Program-made: the position numbers and the translations under genes
Part shown: piece after piece, positions 48,801 to 62,360 of the stretch
How the letters are laid out: the number at the start of each line of letters is the position of its first letter
Numbering within the stretch: position 1 is the stretch's first letter
The notes under the pieces: model-generated
The model's database searches: none
What the model was told of the DNA's origin: nothing
Seen by the model: only the letters and a program-made list of their open reading frames with translations
From: Callorhinchus milii
Taxonomy: Eukaryota
Assembly: GCF_018977255.1 (NCBI RefSeq)
Contig: NW_024704743.1
Span: forward strand, 84,260,001 to 84,324,000
Reading direction: 5' to 3'
Length of the DNA: 64,000 bases

Positions 48801-51800
48801 CACTCAACACGTGTCATTTTAGAATATGTCTGGTTGTAGTAGATTGGAATGCCAGAAAAAAAAGGTTTCATTTGCAGTATTTCTTAAGTGGATTCTTTAA
48901 TATGAAATTATCTTAAATGGGAACCTCTTCTGGTAAACTGATGTACATCACTCATCACATTCATGTTCCAACTCAATCCATGTCCAGAGCAGAATTACCA
49001 CAAATGAATGGAAAATGTAACTTGATTGTTTATTAAGAAATACCACACATTAGATCCCAGTATGCTTTCTTTTAGGGTTCAGGCCTCTGATTGCGATCTT
49101 TCGGAATGATTTATAATTCTTTTCGTGTCTACTTATTCTTGAAAATTTAAAATTTATCTAATCCAGTTGAGAGAATCAACCACTATTATGAGCAATTATA
49201 ATAATAATCCTTTGAAATAGCACCATTCACATTGGGAAGGCACCTAAAAGTGCTTCCCAGAATTTAATGCAATGTAGTAGGAAAATTATTTTGTAGGAAA
49301 ATACAGCAATCCTGAACCGGCCCGTGAGCCACAGCTTGGCTTACTATATTTGTTATATTATGGCCTTCATTATTTGCTCACAGAGGATATGCTTCGATGG
49401 ATTGAAGCAAAGTTAAACAGTTTTGTGATTCAGTTATCTCTTGTTTTTTCTGTATCATTGGTCAGAGAAATATGATCTAATCTCATAATCAGGTCAGATT
49501 TCCTATGCAAAAGTTACACCCTTGTACATTTTACATTTACACATCTTCTTAATGCAACTACCGTATTAATGTTCACTATAATAGGAATGAAAGGTTTTCA
49601 AATATTGGCCGTTATGAAACAATTCAATATTAAAGATAATCTAACATCAAACCAGATTAGAAATTTGAGTAATTTTTGTGGTGTATATTGTTATAAAATA
49701 GCATACCCATAGTAGCTCATTTTCCTGAGGTTCCTTATGATCCTTTCACTGCAGATGTGTATGATACACAATATTAGGATCCAATTTATGATATTTGCAA
49801 ATTAAAATTCCAATTTGGAATATTATATCTCGCCTGAAGCGCTTAAAGATATATTAAACGTATGATAAGGCACTATATCAAATGCAAGGGTTATTATTAT
49901 TATTAAGATTATTACTATAGCATTTGAGATTGTCTGGAACTTGGCAACTTGTTGAATTCCGTCTTAACATTGAAGTTAGTTTTCTGCAGTTTTTAATTAA
50001 ACTTGGAGAAACTCAGCTTCAGAATTAAGAATGTAAATTTCCTAAATTTGGGGTTTTCTAAAGTCATATGTTAATAAAATAAATTTAGACACAGGTGGAA
50101 TTTTGCTTTGGTAATCCACAACTTCCATTTTTTTTAAATTCACAATCAACAAAAACAGTAAAAGGGCAAATTAAAAAGGTCATTTGGTTTCCTGAACTTT
50201 TCAGACTTTGCTAATTGCAAAGATTTTGTGATTCACAAATGGGAAGTGATTAACACAACCAATCCAGTTTACAAATATCACAAATTAAATCCATCACATG
50301 TTAAATCCCACTAAAGGCCTAAAACAAAATATAATCTTAGTTTGTTAGATTAGTTTGGGTCCTGAGCCAACTGTCCAGCACCTTGGGACGTCCTCCCGAC
50401 TTGAAAGGCGCTCCATAAATGAAATCTTGTTGTTGTTGTTGTACTTTGTTTTAAACTTTAAATTCATGGAGAATTATGGAAAATTCTTCAATTTAGTCTT
50501 TTATTTGGAAGTCAGTTTTCCATAATTCTTAAAAAGTACCAATTATCAGATTAAAATTGTTTTTATACAGGAAGTATTTAAAAATGTTAGTTCAACATAT
50601 CATTGGTAAGATCAGAATAAAACTAAGCTCCTACATTTCAAAACATTATGTAAGATGCAATGAATATCTAGTAGTTATTCTATCCGCCAAGCTGCTTGTA
50701 CCACATTTGTTGACCTAGGCTCAGTTCTATTCTATTCTCTTCCATTCAATACGTTTTGCAAATTTATCCCTATACATTTATAAATAAATAATGAACTTTT
50801 TTTTAAAAAAGTATAATTTTATCTTAGATCTATAATATCATTCTATTCATTCTTCAAAATTAAATTAATAATAATAAGACAGAGACAATTTCAGGAACAT
50901 TACCACACAAAGGAGAATAGCTCTTAGCCTATAATAGTGAATGTGTTACATGGAACCGGATGGGCAGAATAATATCCTCAAATATGTCTAGTTCGTCATG
51001 TTGGATTTCATTGGCTGAAAAACCTACAAGATTTCTGTAGGATTCCTTTAATGGAATACACTAGACTATTGTATAATAGTGACTGGGTCAAGACAAAAGA
51101 CTACTTGGAGAACATTTAGTTTGATTAATTCAATGCTTCTTCAACATCATTGTTCCATTTGTATGACAATTATACTTTTAACGTGTGTTTTCCCCAAAGT
51201 GCTTGTTACATCATTTTGGATATTCACACAAACAGCATTCTGGGCTTTATTTAGCTATAACATCATGAGTTGTCTAACAGATATTAAACCTCTAATCTAC
51301 TTAAATTCTGCCAATAACTCACTCACATAAATATTTTTTCATGAGCTTTATCTGTTGTTTTAGTAAATAATCTGTCAGAATGCCCTAATTTTTATCATTC
51401 TGTAAGCCAGTCATGGCTGGGGCAAAGCTTATCCCCATGAGCAGCTTAGTCGGTCATGTCGAAATCAGAACAGGGATTATAATGCTTGTAATACACTGGT
51501 TAAAATTAAAAGCATTTTCCTTGTACAACACAGGTGCTTTCCTTGAGCTTTAATGTTTTCCAGTTAATAAGACACAGTGCAAATATAATGGTGGCAGATT
51601 TTGATCCAAGAAACCATAAATTAAGCAGACTCATCTGTCTTTATAAAAGCTTTCATAAAGGTCACACATGATCAGATACAGTATCTATGGCCCAGAAATC
51701 CCTGTTTGCAAAGCTGGGAGTATCAAAGATGGAAGTAATTTTTTTTATTCAGAGCAATTTTGGATGGTTTCCATAATGTTATCTAAGAATAGGTGATTCA

Positions 51801-51939
51801 ACCTACTATTTGAGGGCCAGACATCCACATTAATTCAAATGAGAATTCTCTTATGAGAGTATTTGCTTCTTCCCCGATACATCTCACAACCAGAGGAGAA
51901 GCTAACAAAAAGTAAACCCAGATCAATACTTTAGGTTGC

Positions 51940-52190
51940 ACCAAGACAGTAGAACAAGATGACACAGATTTAGAGCTATGAAGGGCAATTTTATCACAGA
52001 TACGCAGATGGTAATCAATGACTGGAACAGTGTGCCAGGAAGGATGGTTGAGTCCAGGACACTGGACTCATCTACAAAGCAGCTTGATGCAGTGATGGAA
52101 AGGTGGTAGGGTAGGTGTTATTTTGGAAGGATGAGATTAGTTGAGCAATAGGACCTTCTTCATCCAAACCAATCTTGTGATCTTATGAGT
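51940..52190 (+). mobile_element. CR1 LINE 3' fragment, decayed
   Basis: GAACAAGATGACACAGATTTAGAG, TGGAACAGTGTGCCAGGAAGGATGGTTGAG, tail TCTTGTGATCTTATGA. Confidence 0.6.
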
Positions 52191-52486
52191 TACTTTAAAG
52201 CAAAGAAAACATAACACACATTTCCTTATCCACTGATTCAGTTCCTGTGAATATTTTGAAGATATATTGATAGAAATGACATAGTTACATATGGATCACA
52301 GCAAAATATTGAAGATGCAGCAGTGAATTGAAGGATTTGACCAGTCTGATTGATCAATTGATCTATCCTTCTTTTCCAAAAAAGAAAGAACTTGCATTTT
52401 ATAGACTCACATTTACCAAGAGAAATGCTCTCTCGACACCCACATGGAGAGATAAAAGAGGAAATAAGTCTTATTTATGCAGGCGT

Positions 52487-52805
52487 CTAGGCTGACACTC
52501 CAGTGCATTGCTGGGGGTGTACTACATTGTGGGAGGTGCTACCTTTCAGATGAGAAGTTAAACCAAGGTCCTGTCTGTCTGCTCAAGTAGACGTTAAAGA
52601 TCCTATGGCACTATTTAAAAAGAAAGGGAGTTTCTCCTGGCGTCCTGGCCAACAAATTCTCAGATAAAATTGGTCACTCACTTCATGGATCTTCATGAGA
52701 CATTACTGTGTGCAAATTGACTGTGTTCACAGTCACTATACTTCACATTAAAGCACTTTGAGACATCTTGCCAATGCTCTTTATCAAATGCAAGGATTAT
52801 TATTG
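52487..52805 (+). mobile_element. Old Deu-domain SINE
   Basis: TCTAGGCTGACACTCCAGTGCA, GGAGGTGCTACCTTTCAGATGAGAAGTTAAACCAAGG, GATCCTATGGCACTATTT, CAAATGCAAGGATTATT tail. Confidence 0.85.
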
Positions 52806-53489
52806 TTATAGGTGTTCCAATACAATAGTGTTATTTACTAATGTTTTGTCACAGCCTACAATTCCAACCAATATCTCACCAAGGAAGATATTAAGGAAAA
52901 TATCCCCCTCTTGGAATGATGCAAAACACTGCACCATGAAATGGTGTGATGCAAATGTGCTCCTGATTTCAGTCATGCCTCTCTGGTTAGCTGTTGAGTA
53001 AACACCCATTAGGATAGTGAAAATATTCAGGAGCAATGGATCTACTAAATAGCTCTATTTTCATTGTAGAGCTCTCTCACTTTATAAAAGATGGAATAGA
53101 TCTATCTCCTAATAGTATTCATTTACCTTTGTTTATTGGTGAGCAAGAAAGAAAGAGATGGAACAGTAATGAATCCCAGCGTTGTCAGCAACCTACAGCA
53201 GGACAGACTATTAAATGGAGGCCTGGAGGCAGATAGAGCAGCTAGTATGCCAGTGACACTAGCGAATGGAAGGAGGGCTGCAAATCGCCCTGGCTCCCAG
53301 TATCAATGATGAAAGGATCCAGAATGTAACAGAAAGCTCTTATAAGATTGTGAAACCTTGCTGTCATCGATCAGCAACAAGAGTTAGTAAGTCTTCAGGT
53401 GCACGTCTTCACCCCAGTTTTGTTTCAACCCACCCCCCCCTTTTGAAAAGCGCTATACAAATGTAACCCTGTTGTTGTTGTTGTTTTAC

Positions 53490-53757
53490 GCCACTCTCAT
53501 CTCTTTAACCCATCAACTAACACATTCTCTCATTTGTATTTTTTTTGTGTTCTTTGTCTTCCTTGTCCTGCCTCCCCTTCTCAACTTGTCGTTAAAAACC
53601 TCTCCCTCCCAACATGCCCCAGTTCAGATAAAGGGTTGTGGACCCAAAACGTTGACTCACTTTCCTTTCTCCATAGATGCTGCCTGACCTGCTGAGTTTT
53701 CTCAGCTCTCTCTGGTTTTGTTTCAGATTTCCAGCATCTGCAGTATTTTGGGTTTTG
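53490..53757 (+). mobile_element. Penelope-like element terminal remnant with a decayed hammerhead-like motif
   Basis: AGTTCAGATAAAGGGTTGTGGACCCAAAACGTTGACT followed by CCATAGATGCTGCCTGACCTGCTGAG...TTTCAGATTTCCAGCATCTGCAGTATTT, recalled as an abundant chondrichthyan Penelope-derived repeat. Confidence 0.6.
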
Positions 53758-53865
53758 TAAAGAATATTTAATTGCGTGTTCTCAAAATCACAACTTACCA
53801 TCAATTGGAAATTTTCACAATAGTGAAAGGATAGTTTACACTTTGAAAGCCAGAAACACCATAAA

Positions 53866-55035
53866 ACAACAACAACAACAAAATTACATTTATATAGCGC
53901 CTTTCACGTCGGGAGGACGTCCCAAGGCGCTGGACAGACAGAGTTTCGGACCCGAGCTGAGGGTCGGGTTGGGGGTGATAGGGCAGGGGGAGGCTGGGAG
54001 ATTGAAAGCACGGTTGAAAAGGAGGGTTTTGAGGTGGGTCTTGAAGGTGGCGAGGGAGGAGGCGAGATGGAGGAACTGCGGGATGGAGTTCCAGAGGGTG
54101 GGTGCAGAGTGGCGGAAGGTCCGCCCGCCAATAGTGGGACAAGCAAGGCGGGGGATGTGAAGCAGGCTGGAGCCCGCTGAGTGGAAGGAGCGAACAGAGT
54201 GGTAGGGGGTTAGGAGGTTGGAGTGGTAGGGGGAGCAAGACCGTGGAGGGCTTTGAAGGTGAGGACGAGGATCTTGAACTGTAACCTCTGCGTGATGGGA
54301 AGCCAGTGGTGTTGGGCAAGGATGGGGGTAATAGGGTCATGGAGCCTAATGCGGGAGAGGAGATGGGCTGCAGAGTTCTGGATGATCTTCAGCCTGTGAA
54401 GGAAGGAATTGGGGAGGCCGACAAACAGTGAGTTTGTATAGTCGAGCTTTGATGTAATGAAAGCGTGAATGAGGGTTTCAGCGGCCTGTGGTGTGAGACG
54501 GTGGCAGAGCCGGGCGACGTTGTAGAGGTGGGGGAAAGCAGAGTGAGTCATGGCGCAAATGTGGGGTAGAAAGGATAGTTGAGGTTTGAACAAGACCCCA
54601 AGGTTCGGGACTGACTTAGCAAGGTGGAGTGTGCAACCATGGATGGTGATACTGTCAGTGCCTGAGGTGAGGAAGTGCTGATGGGAGCCAATCAGGAGAG
54701 CCTCGGTCTTGTTGATGTTCAACTGAAGAAAGTTAGCTCTCACCCAGGACTTGATGTCTGACAGACATTCTGTCAGCACAGCAGTGGTCCTGGAGTCAAG
54801 GGTGGAAGCAGGGAGATTGAGTTGGATATCATCCACAGACATGTGGAAGTTGACCCCATGTGTGCGGATGATGATCATCAAGAGGCAGTATTTAGATGTT
54901 GAAGAGGAGTGGACTGAGGACAGATCCCTTAGGAACTCTGCACGAGATGGTTCGGGGGCTAGAGAAGAAGCCATTTGAGAAGATGAAGTGCAGGCGGTGT
55001 GAGAGGTACGATCTGAACCAATCAAGGACAGTGCA
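53866..55035 (-). mobile_element. L2-clade LINE, ~1.2 kb 5'-truncated, RT C-terminal region, inactive
   Basis: ORF 54210-55025: FHMSVDDIQL (decayed YADD), NFLQLNINKTE, LIHAFITSKLDY, HWLP; (CAA)n tail. Confidence 0.95.
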
Positions 55036-56129
55036 AAGTTTCATATAACTTTGAAACAGTCAAAAGGTTTGTTCCTCACATCGTTATGCTGCGGAAGCAC
55101 TTTATTGTTTGGAATACTTGATACCTTTCTCTTGTTAAAAACAATGATGTGTCATTGTGGAAAGGAGCACCTCACACATAAGTAACTCCTTAAGTTCTGC
55201 TGCAACTAAAACACTTTATGTGTTGCCACAAATAAAAATCATTCTACACTTTATTATAAGATGAAGAATCTAATTTCAGTGATCTGAAAACCTAGAGTGA
55301 CAGAAACCTATCACCTTTAGTACATTAAACCTTTTGTTCTAGTCCAATTGAGGTTGATCTTAACAACACAATAGAGCCACCCAAGTGACTTATTAGTGAA
55401 ATAACAGTATAGTTCAGGTACTGAGCTGTGAAAACAAGGTGGATCTAAAGTTAGTTCCTGGTCTGCAGAATTATCAGGATCAAGTTTAACTTTGATGCCC
55501 TCGCATTCAATATGTCCACATGTTAACCTCAGATATGAAGAATATCTACTTTGGCCAAATGCAAGAATTATAATTATTGCCCACCACAGCTCCTGCCCTC
55601 ACCACTTCTGCCTATGGAACTGCCTATTAAGATAACCCATCAGAAGTGGAACTGAGAGTGCACAGAACATTTTGCAAAGATATTCTGACCTAGATATACA
55701 AACTAGGTGAAGGAATATCATTATTCCTTATTCAAGATTGACAATAGCTGTTCATAAAGTGGAACCAATAGTTGGAGAGATGCTGGAAAAATATTGTCAA
55801 TAAATCAACGATGACAAATGCAAAATGGAACATTAATTGGCAAGTATGTCTAGCTGCAAGTTTAATACAACAGTTTTACTTATGGAACAACCAGATGCAA
55901 TGTTAAAGATTAAATACAGTAGATTATTTCAGAAGCATATTGGGAACAACTACCACCAGGGGATATGTTAATGGCATATGTGGTAAATGTATTTTTCACA
56001 TCAGTGCTTATCAAGGAAAGATAAGTCGGGAGTTTAATAGTTAGGAGATAATGGGTAAAAGTGAGTCAGAGAAAATAGCAAATAAGGAAGAATTTTCATT
56101 TTGTGTAGCAACTTATGTGGAAATGTCTC

Positions 56130-56685
56130 TATTATCTGGTTAAGTGACTGTGTTTTGTAGACAAATATAGCAGCTATTTTGCATACATCAAGATCTCACA
56201 TGTAACCATAAGGTAAATGATCCATTTTCAGGATTATTAGCCAGGACACCAGGAAAAGCTCCCTTTTAATTAATCATGGAATTCTTAAAGTAAACCTAAG
56301 GCTAGGCAGACAAGACCTCCATTTAATGATAATCCTTGCATTTAATATAGTGCCTTATCAGGTCATCGAGACACGTCAAAGCGCTTCACAGGATATAGTG
56401 GAAAGTAGATTGAATGTATATTTGGTGGGTGAAAACTGTGTATTTTTACATCCCATCCAAAGAATTGTACCTCCTACAGTGCTGCACATCCCTACTGCTG
56501 CTACGCATTTTCTGACTAATCTAGGAGTTTCAAGTCCTAATATGTAGTTTGAATTAGGGTTGTGCTCCACCATTGTCAAGCGCTCTGGGATGCTATCCTG
56601 CATGAGGGGCACTAAATAAATGTAAGTTGTTGTTGTTGTTGAATCCACAACCTTTTGTGAGTCAGTTGCTGACAGAGCCAAGATG
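56130..56685 (-). mobile_element. Cluster of old Deu-SINE pieces with an L2 tail (+, ~56570-56641)
   Basis: GCCAGGACACCAGG, ATCCTTGCATTTAATATAG, CCTCCTACAGTGCTGCAC; AAGCGCTCTGGGATGCTATCCTGC...(GTT)n. Confidence 0.65.
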
Positions 56686-57269
56686 ACATCAAGATCATAG
56701 GAACAGACAATAATTTTGCACTACTTGTTCAGATTTTTTTTTACCTTTGAAACATATACGTGGACAACAATCCTTTCAATCATTTTCATCAGATTTTTTC
56801 AAGCTATTTTGGACCCAAAGAATGGCACTTTCAATAAACACCACTTTCTAAATGCATGCTTGAAGTTGAAAGCAAGGAGGAACTCAAAATTTTAAAGTTT
56901 GAGGTAGGTGGAACATGGCAGAAGCAGACACAAGTAATGTTGAAACAACAATAAATAAAAGAATGAAGAAGAGGAAAAATGAAAGAAAATGTGATAGCAG
57001 GAAGATCACAAGTAAATGTTTTAAAGCAAGTTTAATTTATTAACAATTATTAAAAATTACGGAATGTTGAAATTTTCTTCAGTGAGTTAGTTGGCTAGTG
57101 CTGCAATAATAAAGCTATCTTGATGATTCATCCTATTTTGTCAGGGTAAATTTGCAGGTGTTGAAAATGCACAGAGCTGGTTGACCAACAGACATGTAAG
57201 TATCCTCTGACCTACCAGCATTTGAAGGGTTAATGTGGGATGTGCAGCACAGTAATGGAGCAGATGCTA

Positions 57270-57760
57270 TGCTAGGTTTAATATTTAGCGGTGAATAAGA
57301 AATGATTAGTGACCTGGAAGTGGATGAACACTTGAGTTCTAGTAATCACTGTATAGATAGCTTTGATTTCATAATAAAGGCTCAGGCTAAAAATAACAAT
57401 ACAATTGTATAAGATTTTAAACAAGAAACTTGAGAGAGTTCTAGGGAGGATTAAGTGGAAGTAGATGTGGAAAATGAAACAGTAGAAAAATTGGATTTTT
57501 TTAATACATCTTGAACAGATGTGGAAAGGAAGTATATCCTTATAAGAAAATAGAAGTAGCAAAACCTGGCCCACAATGATTGAATAAAGAGGTCAAGAGT
57601 AACCTAAGGCTAAAGAGTTAATTTCAGAGATCAAAGAAAACAATAAAGTAATGAGAGGTTGAATCATACAAAGGCAGCTAAGAATAAGTAAGATGTTTGT
57701 CTGAAGGAATGAACGTGACAACATAAAGATTATTTACAGAAAAGAGACAAAAGTGAATGT
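57270..57760 (+). mobile_element. CR1 ORF2 fragment (endonuclease-to-RT linker), highly decayed
   Basis: GATGAACACTTGAGTTCTAGTAATCAC (EHLxSSDH-like) and purine-rich CR1-like composition. Confidence 0.5.
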
Positions 57761-59194
57761 TTTAACAGCATAACTACCAAAGGGTCTGAAATGTTGCCTT
57801 CTCTTAACATGTAATGTCATTTTGCCTTAAATTTAAGGTAGTGTAGATTTGTGCAAAACTCTTAAATTCAGCCTTAATTCTTGAATCTTGTTTTCCATAG
57901 GTTTGCACAACTTTAATTTTAAGAGAAAATAGACTTAAAGTTTAAGTCAAAGAAAAATGTTGGGCTCCTGATGCAGTGTTTAAGAAAATATATAGAGTAC
58001 TTCGGGGACATTTTGAGAAGAGCTATTATAGAAGAATACGTTAATGATATATGTGCTTAAATTAATTATTTACATTAGAACTTGGGAAGGAAAGATAGGT
58101 CAGCAGTTCTACAGTCATATGTTCCTGTCTATGCTTCCAGTGTCTCATGACAAGTCAGTGTAGGCTGGAGCCCACTCTCCTGCAGCCACTTCTCCTGTTT
58201 ACCACAAATCCTCCTCAATCCTTGGTCCTGGACATTTCAAATAGGCCGAAGAAAATTGCTCCAGTGCATGCCCAGGAGCTTGGAACTGTAAAGGAGAACT
58301 ATTTTGACACATACTGTATACATCACAAATTTAACCTAGATCGGCACTTTGCTATCAATAAAGAGTGCTAGAGTGAACCAACCTATCAACTTATTTCTGA
58401 TTCAGAAGGAAGCAGGTTCAAGCCCCACAGAGCTCACATGTTCCCAGTTATTGAGAACATTGACCTTGCCTAGATGATAGTGACCTGTTCCCAATAAGTT
58501 GCTACTAACATCTAACAAATATTCGCAAAGGGTAGGAGTATAATAAAAAAAATCTACATCTCCTCACATTGTCAATGGTTTGGGCACAATTGAAGGCTAC
58601 AACACATGCCAATCTGTGAGGAACATGCCCACATCATTCCACAGTTTGCTGGGATTGAAAAAAACCTCCTCAGGAAAGCGGCAAAATTATACAGACACCT
58701 CAACACCAGTATGAACTGCAACTTCAGATCCCAAAATATATCATGTCATATTATGTTGACTCACAAGACCTCGGCTTCAAGGAAATCTTGAACTAGGCCC
58801 ATGCCTAGTGGAGTGACATACTTGGAATGCTGGAGGTACGTAGCTAAAATAATACTGTAATAATGATCACATGTACTTTTCGCCCCCAAGACCTTTTGAC
58901 TGAATACTTAAGGGTTTTTAAAACCATAAAGTAATACTTTGTAGCTCTTGCATTCTGACTTCTTTACATCTCTGAACTATACCTTTTTTCTCGTTTTCAC
59001 TGATTGCTTACAAATTAATTTTCAGTTCCATTTGCAGTGTTTCTAAATCTTTAGTACGTAAAAAAAAGTATGATGAATGACTCGAGAAGGGTGCACTACA
59101 GAAGGAAAGCAACATTGTAAGTTGTGCCTAAAAAATAGTCTTGGGGGACAAAAATACATGTACTATAGGGAAACTCCTGAATGTAGAGTTGAAC

Positions 59195-59677
59195 GAGCAA
59201 CCATGCCCTCCTCCGACCATACCTTACAACCAACGCAGCTGAAACCCCCGGACCATGCTTTCATCATTTCCCACCTCGATTATTCCTTTGCTGTCCCCGG
59301 CAGTCTCCCCACCTCCACTATTCACAAAATCCACCTAATTCAAAACTCCACCGCCCATACATTCACCCGCTCTAAACTCTGTACCCACATCACACCAGTT
59401 CTCGCCAGGCTCCACTGGCACTCTGTTGCAGAACAGGTTGACTTCAAGATCCTCACACTCATCTTCAAATCCCTTTATGCCCTGGCACCTCCCTACCTCT
59501 CTGACCTGCATATTATCCACTCCACCACCCGTTACTTCTGCACAGCTGGCTCCGGCCTCCTGCTTGTTCCTCGTCCCCTCCACTCCATCACCAGCGGTCA
59601 CTCTTTCAGCCATACACCCCAAAACTTTGGAACTCTCTCCCTGAATCCCTTTACCTTATCCCCTCCATCCCCTTTTT
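59195..59677 (+). mobile_element. L2 LINE 3' ORF2 fragment joined to a Deu-SINE piece (59678-59900)
   Basis: HAFIISHLDYS, IQNSTAH, HITPVLARLHW, DFKILTLIFKSL..LAPPYLSDL. Confidence 0.88.
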
Positions 59678-60079
59678 CAGATCCCATGGCACTATTTGAA
59701 AAGAGAAGCAAACTTTTTCCTAATATCCTGGCCAATAATCCCCAAATAAAATTGGTCAATGGCTGTTTGTGTGACATTGTTGTGCATAATTTGGCTGCCA
59801 TGTTTATCCACAAATATACAATCACTCCACATCACAGTATATCCTGTGAAGCTCTTTGGGATGTCTTTGCGACATGAAATATATCAAATGCAAGGATTAT
59901 TGCAACTTAAACCCTTTGGATATCCATGGATTTGTCTAGTTACTTTTGAAACCCTTCGTAATACTTTTTGTTGCCCCACCTGTGTTGGCAGGATATTCCA
60001 CATGTCTAGCACACTTCAGTTGAAAAAAATTATCTACTTTTCATTTGCATATGTTGTTCTTATTTCAAGACTAGATAGA

Positions 60080-61674
60080 ACTGAAAAGGTTGACAGCGCT
60101 GAAGGTAGATAAGTCGCCCGGTCCGGACAGGATGCAACCAAGGTTACTATGCACGGGTACAAATAGCGGAGGCTTTGGCTACAATTTTTCAATCTTCATT
60201 GGACACAGGAGTGGTGCCAGAGGACTGGAGAGTGGCCAATGTGACTCCCCTGTACAAAAAGGGACAGAAGGACAAACCTGGGAACTACAGGCCAGTCAGC
60301 CTAACATCAGTAGTGGGAAAACTGCTGGAGACTATAATCCGGGACAGAATAAATCTTCACTTAGAAGAATATGGGTTAATTAGGGACAGCCAACATGGAT
60401 TTGTTAAAGGCAAATCTTGTCTAACAAATCTAATAGAATTTTTCGATAAGGTAACGGAGAAGGTGGATAAAGGTAGTGCAGTAGATGTAGTTTATATGGA
60501 CTTTCAAAAGGCATTTGACAAAGTGCCACATGAAAGACTTGTAAGAAAGATAGAAGCCCATGGTATAAAAGGGACAGTGGCAGCATGGATGCAGAACTGG
60601 CTGGGAGACAGAAAGCAGAGAGTTGTGGTGAACAGCTGCCTTTCTGACTGGAGGGAAGTGTACAGTGGCGTCCTCCAGGGATCGGTATTAGGACCACTTC
60701 TCTTCTTACTATACGTAAATGATTTGGACTTGAGTATAGCAAGTACCATTTCCAAATTTGCAGATGACACAAAGTTAGGTAGGGTAGTAAACAGTGAGAA
60801 GGATAGTAGCCAACTGCAGGAAGACATAGACAGAATGGTAAAATGGGCAGAGCAGACACATGGCAGATGAATTTCAATGTGGAGAAATGCGAGGGAATGC
60901 ATTTTGGTAGAAAGAATGAGGGGAGGCAATATAGGCTGGTAATACAATCTTAAAGGGGGTGAAAAAACAGAGAGACCTAGGGGTGCAGGTAAATGAATCC
61001 TTGAAGGTGGCAGGACAGGTAGATAAAGCTGTAAAAAGGGCATATGGGATGTTAGGCTTTATAAATAGGGGCATAGAGTTTGCCCCTATTGTCACACTGG
61101 TTAGGCCTCAGTTAGAATACTGCGCCCAGTTCTGGGCACCAGACTATAGGAAGGATGTTAAGGCATTGGAAAGGGCGCAGAGGAGATCTACGAGGATGGT
61201 ACCAGGAATGAGGGACCTTGATTGTGAGGAAAGGCTAGTGAGGCTGGGATTATTCTCATTGGAGCAGAGAAGGTTACAAGGAGACCTAATAGAGGTCTTC
61301 AAAATCATGAAGGGATTTGATAGGTTAGAAAGGGAAAAACTGTTTCCACTGGTGGGTGTGTCGGTGACTCGAGGTCACAGATTCAAAATAGTCTCTAAAA
61401 GAAGCAGAGGGGAGGTGAGAAGAATTTTTTTCAAGCAGCGAGTTGTTTGAATCTGGAACGCATTGTCTGAAAGGGTGGTCGAGGCCAATTCGATAACTAT
61501 TTTTAAAAACGCGGTGGACGGGTATTTGAGGAGGACGGGTTTGCAGGTTGATGGGGAAAGGGCTGGGGAGTGGGATTGACATTAACTGCTCTATTCAAAG
61601 AGCCGGCACAAACTCGATGGGCCAAATGGCCTATTTTTGTGCTGTACGATTCTATGATTCTATGATTCGATGAT
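60080..61674 (+). mobile_element. CR1-clade LINE, ~1.6 kb 5'-truncated, well-preserved RT with frameshifts
   Basis: ORF 60175-60870: PGNYRPVSLTS, SQHGF.KGKSCLTNL, YMDFQKAFDKVPH, QGSVLGPLLF, FADDTKL; ORF 60959-61450: RPQLEYCAQFWAP; CR1-type (ATTCTATG)n tail. Confidence 0.97.
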
Positions 61675-62055
61675 ACACCATTCCACCAAAAAACAGGTTC
61701 ACTCATTCATTTTACTTATTGTGGCATTCCATCACATTTCTTATAATAATCGTTGCATTTGATATAGCGCCTAATCACCTCATTGAGATGTCTCAAAGCA
61801 CTTCACAGAATGTATTGTAAAGTGAATTGACTGTACATTTTGTGGGCAAAACATTTCTTCTCACCATGCATCACAGCTTTCTACTATTTTGGCATGGTTT
61901 TTAAGCCATTATATCCAATTAGAGATTGATATCTAATTTACAGTCCATAGGAACTTTTACTTCAATAACCATCAATATTGTTTCATCTTTCCCACTTGAC
62001 TGTCTTGCTGCTTAACAGCATCTGCATTTGCCTGTTTTCCTGAGCTAGTCTGTTT

Positions 62056-62360
62056 ATAATAATAATAATCCTTGCATTTGATATAGTGCTTTTCACATCT
62101 TCCAAACGTCTTCACGATATATATTGCAAAGTGAATTGACTGTATATTTGTGGGCAAATCGCGGCAGCCAATTCCACACAGCAGTGTCCCACAAACAGTC
62201 GTGGATTGAAGTGACCAATTTATCATTTTCTTTTCTTAGTGGATTATTATCAGGCGTGTGGAGTAAGGAAACTTGCCGAAAGCTTTGCCTTGCTGGGAAT
62301 CAAACCCACGTCTCTCGCTTGTGAGGCGAGCGCTCTAACTACTGAGCTACAGGACTCCAC
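62056..62360 (-). mobile_element. tRNA-derived SINE, intermediate-age subfamily
   Basis: Same architecture as the young family but anticodon loop CTCACAA and a diverged body. Confidence 0.9.

Noticed and set aside
59077..59877. 266-aa ORF as a novel protein
   Set aside because: Read-through of unique DNA, an L2 fragment and a Deu-SINE; a composite of TE remnants
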